Under the pieces are notes generated by a model. That model saw only the letters and a list, made by a program, of their open reading frames with translations, was not told where the DNA came from and searched no databases. This document shows, piece by piece, positions 1 through 8,389 of a stretch of 64,000 bases of DNA (position 1 is its first letter; each line of letters opens with the position of its first letter). A program made the translations under genes and the position numbers. The DNA is from Patescibacteria group bacterium (GTDB lineage: Bacteria; Patescibacteriota; Patescibacteriia; UBA9934): contig JBAZXR010000001.1 of assembly GCA_041659765.1 (NCBI GenBank), positions 108,537 through 172,536 of the forward strand, given 5' to 3'.

Positions 1-1329
1 TGGATCCACGCCCGCCGCGACATGGGAAAAGTGGCGTTTTTTGACCTTCGTGACAAGGAGGGCTTGATCCAGGTAGTTGCCGTTCCGGCAGAACTTGGTG
101 ACTCGGCGGAGATCTCGACCAAGCTACGTTCTGAATGGGTGGTCGCTATCACCGGTATCGTTCAAGCACGAGGAGCTAAGCAGGTGAACGACAAATTGAA
201 GACCGGCACCGTTGAGCTCTTGGCGAAGTCGATCGTCGTTCTGAACGAAGCAAAGACGCCTCCATTCGAGATAGACAAGGATACTCGACCAGTCAACGAA
301 GAGGCTCGGCTCACCTATCGCTATCTTGACCTCAGAAGCGAGCGCATGCAGAAGAACCTGCGTACGCGCCATGCGGTGTTCCAGGATATGCGTCACTATT
401 TCAACGAGAAAGGATTTATTGAGGTTGAAACTCCGATCTTGACGAAGGGAACCCCGGAGGGTGCTCGCGAGTTTATTGTTCCTTCACGACCGCACCCGGG
501 GAACTTTTACGTGCTCCCGCAGTCTCCCCAACAGTTTAAGCAGCTCCTCATGGTTGCTGGCGTAGAACGCTATTACCAGCTGGCCAAGTGTTTCCGTGAT
601 GAAGACCAGCGCGGCGACCGTCAGCCGGAATTCACCCAGCTCGACCTTGAAATGAGTTTCGTTGAGAGAGAAGACGTGATGGGCATGATCGAAGAGTTGC
701 TGATCCAGCTCGTGAAAACGCACCGTCCTGACGCGAAGATCCAGCAGTTGCCATTCCCACGGATGACCTACAAGGAATCCATGGAAAAGTACGGCAATGA
801 TCGCCCAGACATTCGTGAAGATAAGAATGACCCGAACCTGTTTGCGTTCTGCTGGGTGATTGATTTTCCGTTCTTCGAAAAGACGGAAGACGGTGGTTGG
901 ACTTTTACGCACAACCCATTCTCCGCAGCACTTCCTGAGTGGCGCGAGAAGCTGGCGAACAAAGAAGACATTGGCAATATTATTACGAGCCAGTACGACA
1001 TTGTGCTTAACGGTTTCGAAATTGGCGGTGGTTCTATCCGCAATCATCAGCCCGAAATGCTCCGTCGAGTCTTTGAGATCATGGGCTTCCCAGCTGAGAC
1101 TATCGATTCCCAGTTTGGCCACATGATGAAGGCCTTTGAGCTTGGCGCACCGCCTCACGGCGGCATTGCGCTCGGTGTAGACCGCGTCATGGCCCTCTTC
1201 CAGGGCGAGGCCAACATCCGCGAAGTCATGGCCTTCCCTAAGGACGGAAACGCCCGCGACCACATGATGGGCGCGCCGTCACCACTCCCTGAAAAGGCGC
1301 TAAAGGAAGCGAATATTAAGCTTTCATAG
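1..1329 (+). CDS. aspS: Aspartate--tRNA ligase (5' end truncated by window edge; no GAD insert)
   Basis: Frame is open from base 1 (WIHARRDMGK). Motifs: YRYLDLR, TPEGAREF, LPQSPQQFKQLLM, FRDED..DRQPEFTQLDLE, GAPPHGGIALG. Confidence 0.97.
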   Translation, partial: WIHARRDMGKVAFFDLRDKEGLIQVVAVPAELGDSAEISTKLRSEWVVAITGIVQARGAKQVNDKLKTGTVELLAKSIVVLNEAKTPPFEIDKDTRPVNEEARLTYRYLDLRSERMQKNLRTRHAVFQDMRHYFNEKGFIEVETPILTKGTPEGAREFIVPSRPHPGNFYVLPQSPQQFKQLLMVAGVERYYQLAKCFRDEDQRGDRQPEFTQLDLEMSFVEREDVMGMIEELLIQLVKTHRPDAKIQQLPFPRMTYKESMEKYGNDRPDIREDKNDPNLFAFCWVIDFPFFEKTEDGGWTFTHNPFSAALPEWREKLANKEDIGNIITSQYDIVLNGFEIGGGSIRNHQPEMLRRVFEIMGFPAETIDSQFGHMMKAFELGAPPHGGIALGVDRVMALFQGEANIREVMAFPKDGNARDHMMGAPSPLPEKALKEANIKLS

Positions 1330-1331
1330 AG

Positions 1332-1411
1332 AAAACAAAAGACCACATATCGCTCGAAAATGGAGTCGGATTACCTCCTAACATTTTCTCGCGACATGTG
1401 GCTTTTGTTTT
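1332..1411 (+). repeat. Conserved-core hairpin element, copy 1 (core 1362-1382)
   Basis: GGAGTCGGATTACCTCCTAAC enclosed by arms AAAACAAAAG-a-CCACAT-a-TCGC..GAAAAT / ATTTTC..GCGA-c-ATGTGG-CTTTTGTTTT. Confidence 0.9.
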
Positions 1412-1463
1412 TGGGTGAAAATTAAACGCCCGAGCTAGGCTCGAGCGTGTAGGGCGAGGGGCA

Positions 1464-1883
1464 TCAACCTTCTGAGTTCTTCGTGAGAAGCCAGGCGGCG
1501 ACTGCGCCGAGGATGTAGCCGATGATTTTCTCCTTCGTGAGCGGCTCTCCCAGGATGAGAATGCCACCGAGAGATGTGACAACAAGGATGAGGATCACGT
1601 TCGTACTCATGAGGCCGGAGAAGGAGTACTTGCCTCCCAAGAGCATCGTGAACGTAATGAGTCCGATGATGTCCAACACGGCGCAGACGAAGATGAGGGC
1701 GAACTTTCGTTTATCCGGGACCTCGTTTAAAGTTCCCCGATTGATAATGAGGCTCACCACGGCGGCCGGGATGAAGATCAAGAGTGAGACCCACCCCTGG
1801 CTCACGCCAGCGTAGCGGGCGAGGAGAGGCCACAGGCTGATGCCAATGGCGGAGATGATACAAAGCGTAAGACCGGTGTCCAT
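1464..1883 (-). CDS. EamA/DMT-family small membrane transporter
   Basis: About five hydrophobic segments. C-terminus GILILGEPLT.EKIIG..L is typical of EamA. Confidence 0.75.
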   Translation of the reverse strand: MDTGLTLCIISAIGISLWPLLARYAGVSQGWVSLLIFIPAAVVSLIINRGTLNEVPDKRKFALIFVCAVLDIIGLITFTMLLGGKYSFSGLMSTNVILILVVTSLGGILILGEPLTKEKIIGYILGAVAAWLLTKNSEG

Positions 1884-1975
1884 GGATGCTCCCAGGGTTG
1901 GTAAGACGGACGGCGAAGATTACCCAAAAATTGGACAATGGTCAATCTCCCGGGTTCTCTAGTAGAATGTGGGGT

Positions 1976-2677
1976 ATGGAATTCGCTGTTCAGCAAGAGG
2001 CGTTTACGGGGCCACTCGGGCTCTTGTTGGAGTTGATCGAAAGTAAGGAACTATCGATCTCGAAGGTTTCACTCGCCCAGGTGACGGACGAGTATCTGAA
2101 GCGGATGGAGACGGAGAAGGTGCCGATTGATGAACTTGCCGATTTCCTTCTCATTGCCTCGCGTCTCATTTATCTGAAGAGTCGTGAGCTGATGCCGTAC
2201 TTGATGCGGGATGACGATGCGGAAGAGGGAATTGATGAGCTGGAAGAACAGCTCCGAGTCTATAAAGAATTCGTCGAGGCCTCGAAGAAACTTGAGGAGC
2301 GATTCGGCAAGACGACGATGATGGCTCGGCCGTTCGTGAGAGTGAAGCTGACCGAGCCGGTATTTTCGCCGCCGCCATCACTTGATGTCGCGATTCTCTT
2401 TGACGCCTATCGGAACGTGATCAAGAGACTCGAGCCATTCTTTGCACTGCAAGAAACGTCGATGGAGCGCATCAAATCTGTGGAGGAGCGAATCGAAGAG
2501 ATGAAAGGCGCGCTTGAGGCGAGGGCTAAAGTTTCATTTTCAGAGGTTGTGAGCGGAGCCAGGAGTAAAATGGAGGTCGTGGTAAGCTTCTTGGCGCTTC
2601 TGGAACTTTTACGTCGGCAGATCGTGACGGTGGATCAGAAAGGTGCCTTTGGCGAGATTGAACTATCTAAAGTATGA
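1976..2677 (+). CDS. scpA: Segregation and condensation protein A
   Basis: FTGPLGLLLELI, ADFLLIASRLIYLKSRELMP and VVSFLALLEL motifs; lies next to scpB. Start re-set to ATG 1976. Confidence 0.93.
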   Translation: MEFAVQQEAFTGPLGLLLELIESKELSISKVSLAQVTDEYLKRMETEKVPIDELADFLLIASRLIYLKSRELMPYLMRDDDAEEGIDELEEQLRVYKEFVEASKKLEERFGKTTMMARPFVRVKLTEPVFSPPPSLDVAILFDAYRNVIKRLEPFFALQETSMERIKSVEERIEEMKGALEARAKVSFSEVVSGARSKMEVVVSFLALLELLRRQIVTVDQKGAFGEIELSKV

Positions 2678-3228
2678 CCCAGGCTAAGATTTCCGCGCTC
2701 CTTTTCCTTTCTACCAAGCCGCTTTCTGTGCGGTCAATTTCGCAATCTTTGAACCAGAAGGCGAGTGATGTTGAGGCTGATCTGATTACGCTCGCAGAGA
2801 AGATGAATGTGGAGGAATCCGGTATTCACCTTGTACGCACGGGCGACGAATGGCAGCTCGTGACAAACCCGTCTTGCGCCGATGTGGCGAATGCGCTCGT
2901 GAAAGATGAGGCGGGGGAGCTGACCCGGCCGTCACTTGAAGCGCTGACGATTATTGCGTATCGCGGTCCCATTACGAAGCCGGAGATCGAGGCTATTCGT
3001 GGCGTGAACTGCACGCTCATTCTTCGCAACCTGCTTATGCGTGGGCTCGTGACAGAGAAGGACGATTCGCTCAAAGGCCAGCAGGTGTATTCGCTGTCAC
3101 CGGACGCGATGCGGTACTTGGGCCTGCACGACGTGGCTGAGCTTCCGGAGTATGGCGAGCTGCATGCGAACGCGAAGATTGATAAACTGCTCGCGTCTTT
3201 GACGGCGAGTATGACGGACACCGTATGA
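2674..3228 (+). CDS. scpB: Segregation and condensation protein B
   Basis: LTRPSLEALTIIAYRGPITKPEIEAIRGVN signature. Confidence 0.95.
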   Translation: MTQAKISALLFLSTKPLSVRSISQSLNQKASDVEADLITLAEKMNVEESGIHLVRTGDEWQLVTNPSCADVANALVKDEAGELTRPSLEALTIIAYRGPITKPEIEAIRGVNCTLILRNLLMRGLVTEKDDSLKGQQVYSLSPDAMRYLGLHDVAELPEYGELHANAKIDKLLASLTASMTDTV

Positions 3229-4193
3229 TCGCTCGCGCTTTAGCTCAACTTATTTTTGCGGCCAGTTTATTTTCGGTGGCACCAGTAGATGCTTCTTTGC
3301 TTGAGAACCAGGTGTCGGCCGCGCCTATTCCGCTTGACGCCGCTCATTTCTTGCTAGCCAGCGGTTATTCTCATCTGTCCCCAGCTGCCGAACGGACAAC
3401 TCCGCCGCCAAAGAAGGTAGTGAGCAACAGTTTTGGCGTGGTGACGAGTGCTGATAGCTCTATTGTGGTTGATGCGAAGAGCGGTGCAACGCTGTATGCA
3501 GAGAAGCCGGACGATGTTCGCCCGATGGGTAGCATAACCAAACTAATGACTGCCGTAGTTTTTCTTGATACGCATCCAGATCTCGCCTCGACGGTGAAGC
3601 TAGTTTCTGATGACTATGTTGGGGGTGGCCGAACATACCTCAAGTTTGATGACGGGGTGAAACTTCGCGATGTTCTTGGGACTGCGCTCGTGGGCTCTGA
3701 TAACACCGCCGCGCATGCGCTCGCTCGACTTTCCGGGATGACGGATGAAGATTTTGTAAAAAAAATGAATGAGAAAGCGCGCGAGCTTCGTATGGCGCAG
3801 TCAGTTTTTGTGGACCCGAGTGGTATTTCTTCGGAGAATGTTTCCACTGCTCGTGATTTGAGCCAACTTCTATTAGCCGCCCAACATTCCGAGGTGCTTA
3901 GAAAGTTTATGGTTTCGCCTACGTTTACTCCGACTCAATCGAGCGGTTTTAGCGTGAACATTGAGAGTACAAATCTTTTGCTTGGATCTGGCGCTAACAG
4001 TGCCTACCAGGTCATGGCGGGAAAAACGGGCTACATCCCGCAGGCTGGCTACTGTCTCGCGACGGTCATTGAACATGACGGCAATAGCGTGGTGATCGTA
4101 GTCCTAGGGGCGCAAAAGATTGACGACAGATTTACGGACGCTAAGAACCTGGCCGTCTGGGCCTTTAAAACTTTTGTATGGCCGAAGCCGTAG
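3225..4193 (+). CDS. D-alanyl-D-alanine carboxypeptidase/endopeptidase (peptidase S11)
   Basis: SxxK (SITKLMT), SDN and KTG motifs; signal peptide. Confidence 0.9.
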   Translation: MIARALAQLIFAASLFSVAPVDASLLENQVSAAPIPLDAAHFLLASGYSHLSPAAERTTPPPKKVVSNSFGVVTSADSSIVVDAKSGATLYAEKPDDVRPMGSITKLMTAVVFLDTHPDLASTVKLVSDDYVGGGRTYLKFDDGVKLRDVLGTALVGSDNTAAHALARLSGMTDEDFVKKMNEKARELRMAQSVFVDPSGISSENVSTARDLSQLLLAAQHSEVLRKFMVSPTFTPTQSSGFSVNIESTNLLLGSGANSAYQVMAGKTGYIPQAGYCLATVIEHDGNSVVIVVLGAQKIDDRFTDAKNLAVWAFKTFVWPKP

Positions 4194-4684
4194 CACATTT
4201 TGTCCTGTCGGTTCTTTCGGGGGTTCCGGCTTGGCTCAAGATAATCGTGCTAGCCATGGTTCCGGTTACCGAGTATCAGTTGGCCATCCCTTATGCGGTT
4301 GAGCGGTTCTATTTTTCACCGGCCGCGGCCTACGCCCTAGCGCTTGGCGGTAGTGCCCTCTTATTTTTTCCGCTTTTCTTCGGATTGGAGTTACTTCGGG
4401 CAGCGCTCACTAAAGTTTGTCCACCGCTTCTGCGGCCTTTGGACGCATTTCTTTTACGCGCGGAGCATAAGCTTAAGAACAGTTATGAGAAATATGGCGC
4501 GCTGGCCTTGTTCTTTTTTCTCGCCATCCCTTTTCCATTTACGGGTATTTGGACTGCGACCACGGCGGCGGTTGTACTAAAAATCCCCTTTCGCGGAGCC
4601 GCGGTGGGGATTTTTTTAGGGGTGCTTGTTGGGCAGGCAATCGTGCTGGCTGCGACGCTCGGAATCGGGACCCTCTTGGCGTAA
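4178..4684 (+). CDS. Small multi-drug export family membrane protein
   Basis: MVPVTE..LAIP and YEKYG.LALFFFLAIPFPFTG.WT motifs. Confidence 0.8.
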   Translation: MAEAVAHFVLSVLSGVPAWLKIIVLAMVPVTEYQLAIPYAVERFYFSPAAAYALALGGSALLFFPLFFGLELLRAALTKVCPPLLRPLDAFLLRAEHKLKNSYEKYGALALFFFLAIPFPFTGIWTATTAAVVLKIPFRGAAVGIFLGVLVGQAIVLAATLGIGTLLA

Positions 4685-4687
4685 CTC

Positions 4688-5167
4688 TTACGCAATCTGT
4701 TCTATAAGTTTGACCACCAAGAGAACGAAGACTGCTTGTGCTACTAGCGCGTAGCGGAGTTTCACGTCACCATAGCTGCGGGAGAAATAATCGTGGAAGT
4801 AGAAGTGGAACTGTCGGTAGGATTTTAAAATACGATTCTTCTTCATGACGTCAGCGACCCCAACCATGAGGTCTGGGAGGACACTGCCGATCACCGCTGC
4901 CGCAAATGGAGTGTTAGCGATGCTATCTGGCTTGACGGCTACAAAGACCATCAATAAAACGATGGACAGAGCGCCGTCTATAGTGGCGTAGGCTACGGGA
5001 GCTAGTTTCTCGTGATTATTGTAGTACCGATCTGCTAACCCTGTATCTCCATGAGGGATCATGTCTACGAGAAAATGGGAAATGGCGCCCAACACAAAGC
5101 CGAGGGCCGGTTCGCCCGCTAAAACGCCAATTCCTGCGCCAATTGCTACGTGTGTCGTAAGGGTCAT
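4688..5167 (-). CDS. Membrane-bound metal-dependent hydrolase-like protein
   Basis: MTLTTH..IG, SHFLVDMIPHGD and GSVLPD motifs. Confidence 0.6.
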   Translation of the reverse strand: MTLTTHVAIGAGIGVLAGEPALGFVLGAISHFLVDMIPHGDTGLADRYYNNHEKLAPVAYATIDGALSIVLLMVFVAVKPDSIANTPFAAAVIGSVLPDLMVGVADVMKKNRILKSYRQFHFYFHDYFSRSYGDVKLRYALVAQAVFVLLVVKLIEQIA

Positions 5168-5255
5168 ATTCGCCACGGAGAATAGCACAATTTAGAGAAA
5201 ATGTGAAGGGCGCGGAGGTTTTTTTGACTCGCCCTTGGCGGGGCTCGTTCAGAAC

Positions 5256-5287
5256 AAAAAAGATTCGTCCAAGGACGAATCTTTTTT
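5256..5287. terminator. Intrinsic terminator downstream of the tRNA cluster
   Basis: AAAAAAGATTCGTCC-aa-GGACGAATCTTTTTT perfect hairpin with A/T tracts. Confidence 0.75.
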
Positions 5288-5363
5288 GGTTGCGGGAGCT
5301 GGATTTGAACCAGCGACCTCCGGGTTATGAGCCCGACGAGCTGCCTGGCTGCTCTATCCCGCG
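5287..5363 (-). tRNA. tRNA-fMet (CAT, initiator)
   Basis: Reverse complement CGCGGGATAGAGCAG...GGGCTCATAACCC...GGTTCAAATCC...GCAACCA. C1:A72 mismatch and GGG/CCC anticodon stem. Confidence 0.95.
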
Positions 5364-5400
5364 ACAAAATGATAGCAGAATGTATTTAAAAATGCAACTT

Positions 5401-5477
5401 TGGTGGCCGGGGTGGGAATCGAACCCACGACCTAAGGCTTATGAGTCCTTCGCTCTAACCGACTGAGCTACCCGGCC
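5401..5477 (-). tRNA. tRNA with CAT anticodon (probably Ile2; elongator Met possible)
   Basis: Reverse complement GGCCGGGTAGCTCAG...GACTCATAAGCC...GGTTCGATTCC...GGCCACCA. GGCC acceptor start resembles Ile2. Confidence 0.9.
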
Positions 5478-5492
5478 AAAATTGAATATCTG

Positions 5493-5578
5493 TGGTACCA
5501 CGGGAGGGACTCGAACCCTCAATCCCTTACGAGAAACGGATTTTGAGTCCGTCGCGTATACCATTCCGCCACCGTGGC
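5493..5578 (-). tRNA. tRNA-Leu (CAA)
   Basis: Reverse complement GCCACGGTGGCGGAATGG...GACTCAAAATC, long variable arm, GGTTCGAGTCC...ACCA. Confidence 0.95.
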
Positions 5579-5642
5579 ACAGATGGGGCACATGGTAGCA
5601 GAACTTAGTAAAAAGGCAAAGTATGTTAGAATATCCCCGACT

Positions 5643-6410
5643 ATGGTCCATGTAGTATCAGTTGTGAATCAAAAAGGAGGGGTAGGGAAGACCACCACGA
5701 GCATGAACTTGGCGGCTTTTTTGGCTGACTTTGGCAAACGGGTGTTATTGGTCGACCTCGACCCCCAGGGCAATGCCACGAGCGGACTCGGCTTCCAACC
5801 GTCTGAACTTTCGGGTACCTATGAGGTGCTCTCCGGCGAAAAGCAGATTCGGGATGTGATTATCCCCACTGCCCATGATCGACTATTCCTCTTGCCAGGA
5901 AATCCCGACCTCGCCGGCAGTCAGGTTGAGCTTGTGAACGAATTTAATCGCGAGCGAAAACTCCAGAATGCGATCGCGCCTCTGAAGGATGACTACGACT
6001 ACATTCTTGTGGATAACCCGCCGTCCCTCGGGCTCCTGACCATTAACGGTCTTGTGGCGAGCGATAGCGTGCTTGTTCCTGTGCAGGCGGAGTATTATGC
6101 TCTTGAAGGACTTGGCCAACTTTTACAAACCGTCGAGCTCGTAAAAACAAACATTAAGCCGGAACTTGCCGTCATGGGGGCAGTGATTACCATGTTTGAC
6201 CCGCGGACGAACCTGGCAAATCAGGTTTTGCAGGAGCTTTACAAGCATTTCCCCGGAAAGATCTTCCGCTCGGTCATTCCCCGCAGCATCAGACTCGCCG
6301 AGGCGCCAAGTTACGGTAAGTCCATCATCCACTACGATCCGCTGAGTAAAGCAGCTAAAGCGTATGAGCGATTGGCTCGTGAGTTCCTGGAACGTGAAAA
6401 AACCGACTAG
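5643..6410 (+). CDS. parA: Chromosome partitioning ATPase ParA/Soj
   Basis: NQKGGVGKTTT deviant Walker A, DLDPQGNATSG, DNPPSLG. Confidence 0.96.
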   Translation: MVHVVSVVNQKGGVGKTTTSMNLAAFLADFGKRVLLVDLDPQGNATSGLGFQPSELSGTYEVLSGEKQIRDVIIPTAHDRLFLLPGNPDLAGSQVELVNEFNRERKLQNAIAPLKDDYDYILVDNPPSLGLLTINGLVASDSVLVPVQAEYYALEGLGQLLQTVELVKTNIKPELAVMGAVITMFDPRTNLANQVLQELYKHFPGKIFRSVIPRSIRLAEAPSYGKSIIHYDPLSKAAKAYERLAREFLEREKTD

Positions 6411-6447
6411 TTAGACAAAGCGGGGTTTCAAACCCCGCATTTACCAT

Positions 6448-7353
6448 ATGAACAAAGCCAAAGGAGGTTTGGGCAGGGGACTTGGATCACTACTGTCGCC
6501 AATGAGCGTCCCTGTTCAAGCACCGAGTGCTCCAGCTCCCGCCGACTTCACACCGGAACCGATCGATGTAGTGGCCGAGGGTGATTTGCGTATCAAGCAG
6601 GTTTCACCGAAGGATATCGTCGAGAATCCCCGCCAGCCACGCCGGCATTTTGCTCAAGAGGAACTCGCAGAGCTTGAAGAGAGCATTAAAGAGCACGGCA
6701 TTCTACAGCCACTCATCGTCTCTGAAATTTCCCCTGGCAAGTACGAGCTCATTGCCGGTGAACGCCGTCTGCGCGCCTCACGCGGTCTTGGACTCGATAA
6801 GATTCCAGTGGTCATCAGGCCCATGGAGGATGACCGGAAGAAGCTCGAGCTCGCCTTGATCGAAAACATTCAGCGCTCAGACTTGAACCCCGTTGAAGAA
6901 GCACAAGCGTATCGCGCTTTGATTGAGGAGTTCGATCTCCGTCAGGAAGACGTAGCTAAGCGCGTCGGCAAGAGCCGTCCGGCTGTGGCTAACGCCTTAC
7001 GATTGCTTGAGCTCGACGAAGAGATGCTTCAGGCGCTCATCGATGGTCGCATCATGAAAAGCCACGCTCGCACCCTCATGGCCGAGCCCGTTCTCAGCCG
7101 CCGCCAGGCTATTTTTCAGGACCTCTTGAAAGGCGGCGTCACCGTTCGCGAGGTGGAGGCTCGTGCCGGTTCGGCCCGTAACCGCGCCCGCTACGCCAAA
7201 GACCCCAATATCGGCGCCCTAGAAATGGAACTCCGCGAAAAGTTCGGCACAAAGGTTACTATCGACATGCAGAACAGCGGGGGCAAGATTTCTATCTATT
7301 TTTACGCGAAAGAGGATTTGAAGAGCTTAGTTGAGAGATTAGCGAAAGACTAG
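6448..7353 (+). CDS. parB: Chromosome partitioning protein ParB/Spo0J
   Basis: GLGRGL N-terminus, NPRQPR, IAGERRLRA, ENIQRSDLNPVEEA, HTH. Confidence 0.96.
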   Translation: MNKAKGGLGRGLGSLLSPMSVPVQAPSAPAPADFTPEPIDVVAEGDLRIKQVSPKDIVENPRQPRRHFAQEELAELEESIKEHGILQPLIVSEISPGKYELIAGERRLRASRGLGLDKIPVVIRPMEDDRKKLELALIENIQRSDLNPVEEAQAYRALIEEFDLRQEDVAKRVGKSRPAVANALRLLELDEEMLQALIDGRIMKSHARTLMAEPVLSRRQAIFQDLLKGGVTVREVEARAGSARNRARYAKDPNIGALEMELREKFGTKVTIDMQNSGGKISIYFYAKEDLKSLVERLAKD

Positions 7354-7380
7354 AGTTGTAAAGTTATAAAGTTGTAAAGA

Positions 7381-7407
7381 AAGAGGCTAATATTGGCCTC
7401 TTTTTTG
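7381..7407 (+). terminator. Intrinsic terminator of parAB
   Basis: AAGAGGCTAA-ta-TTGGCCTCTT hairpin followed by a T tract. Confidence 0.7.
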
Positions 7408-7417
7408 TATTAAATCA

Positions 7418-7446
7418 TTGACAAAAGCCCATTTTTCTGCTATAAT
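7418..7446 (+). promoter_or_regulatory. sigma70 promoter with extended -10
   Basis: TTGACA-17 nt-TATAAT, preceded by TG. Confidence 0.8.
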
Positions 7447-7490
7447 TTCTTGTCAGAGTAACTCCAACATTCATCTATCGGGAGAAGCCA

Positions 7491-7724
7491 ATGTTTCATA
7501 ACGTTGTTGAAGTGATGCCGCTCGCCCTCGGGCTTACCGTACTGCTCAGCGCCTCAATGACGACGATCTGTACTCTGTCGCCGCTTGCGACGGGTCGAAC
7601 GTGGGGATCGGCGATGAAGGAGATCGGGTGGCTGCTTCCGGGGTCCCATATTCACTTCTGCTACATGTTCGCAATCCTGATCGTGCCTACCGTACTCGGC
7701 GTCATCGTCGGATCCACTCGATAA
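7491..7724 (+). CDS. Small hypothetical membrane protein (orphan)
   Basis: GGAG SD, two hydrophobic segments, own promoter and 3' hairpin. Confidence 0.6.
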   Translation: MFHNVVEVMPLALGLTVLLSASMTTICTLSPLATGRTWGSAMKEIGWLLPGSHIHFCYMFAILIVPTVLGVIVGSTR

Positions 7725-7856
7725 CCGCATCACTTGCAACTCTTTACGAAGAGCCGCAAGGGAGGTGCGGTTTTTCTATTAGCCTCGATACTTTTTCACC
7801 TTTTCAATCTTTTTAACTTTTTTATCTAGTATTAGCTTAATTTTCGTATTATTCCA

Positions 7857-7885
7857 TTGACAAAAGGCCATTTTTCTGCTATACT
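7857..7885 (+). promoter_or_regulatory. sigma70 promoter with extended -10
   Basis: TTGACA-17 nt-TATACT; nearly identical to the 7418 promoter. Confidence 0.8.
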
Positions 7886-7930
7886 AGAAGGGTTTTCTGA
7901 TAGCAAATTTCACATCCTTTTGGAGGCATC

Positions 7931-8329
7931 ATGAAGAACTGCATTTGGTGTGGCGGGAGTCTCGTACCTGTGGACCTGCTCATCAACCAGCCGGAGAACC
8001 GTCGCCACTACTCGAACGCTGAGCTCATCGGATTCACTGATTCGAATGGGTTCCGTTGTGAGAACAGCGAGACATGCGGTGCGTTCTACTGTACGTCGCC
8101 GGGCGGTACCATTGAGGTCCTCGTGGGCAAGGCACGCTACGAACCGCTCAAGGACGGTGACTCGGACTACATCTGGGAGATCGTGGACTCGTGGACCATG
8201 TTCATTGACACCGAAGCCGGAAAGCGGGTCCTCGAAGACGTCCAAATCGAACGGGATTTCAAGCGGTACGGCACGATGGTTGATGACTGCTGGGACTTTC
8301 AAGATCTCGACGACTACGATCCTCTGTAG
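7931..8329 (+). CDS. Hypothetical acidic protein with Cys motifs (orphan)
   Basis: GGAGG SD; CIWC and C-x4-C motifs suggest a possible Zn ribbon. Confidence 0.7.
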   Translation: MKNCIWCGGSLVPVDLLINQPENRRHYSNAELIGFTDSNGFRCENSETCGAFYCTSPGGTIEVLVGKARYEPLKDGDSDYIWEIVDSWTMFIDTEAGKRVLEDVQIERDFKRYGTMVDDCWDFQDLDDYDPL

Positions 8330-8389
8330 CGGTAACTGACCGCACCCGAAGAGCCTCACCGGCCTTCGCGGTGCGGTTCTTCTTTTTAT

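Noticed and set aside
6420-6438. Palindrome GCGGGGTTTCAAACCCCGC between parA and parB as a parS site
   Set aside because: It does not fit the parS consensus TGTTTCACGTGAAACA. More likely a simple hairpin or REP-like remnant.
7356-7379. 8-bp tandem GTT(G/A)TAAA x3 after parB
   Set aside because: Short and AT-rich, with no second clear locus. Not DnaA boxes.
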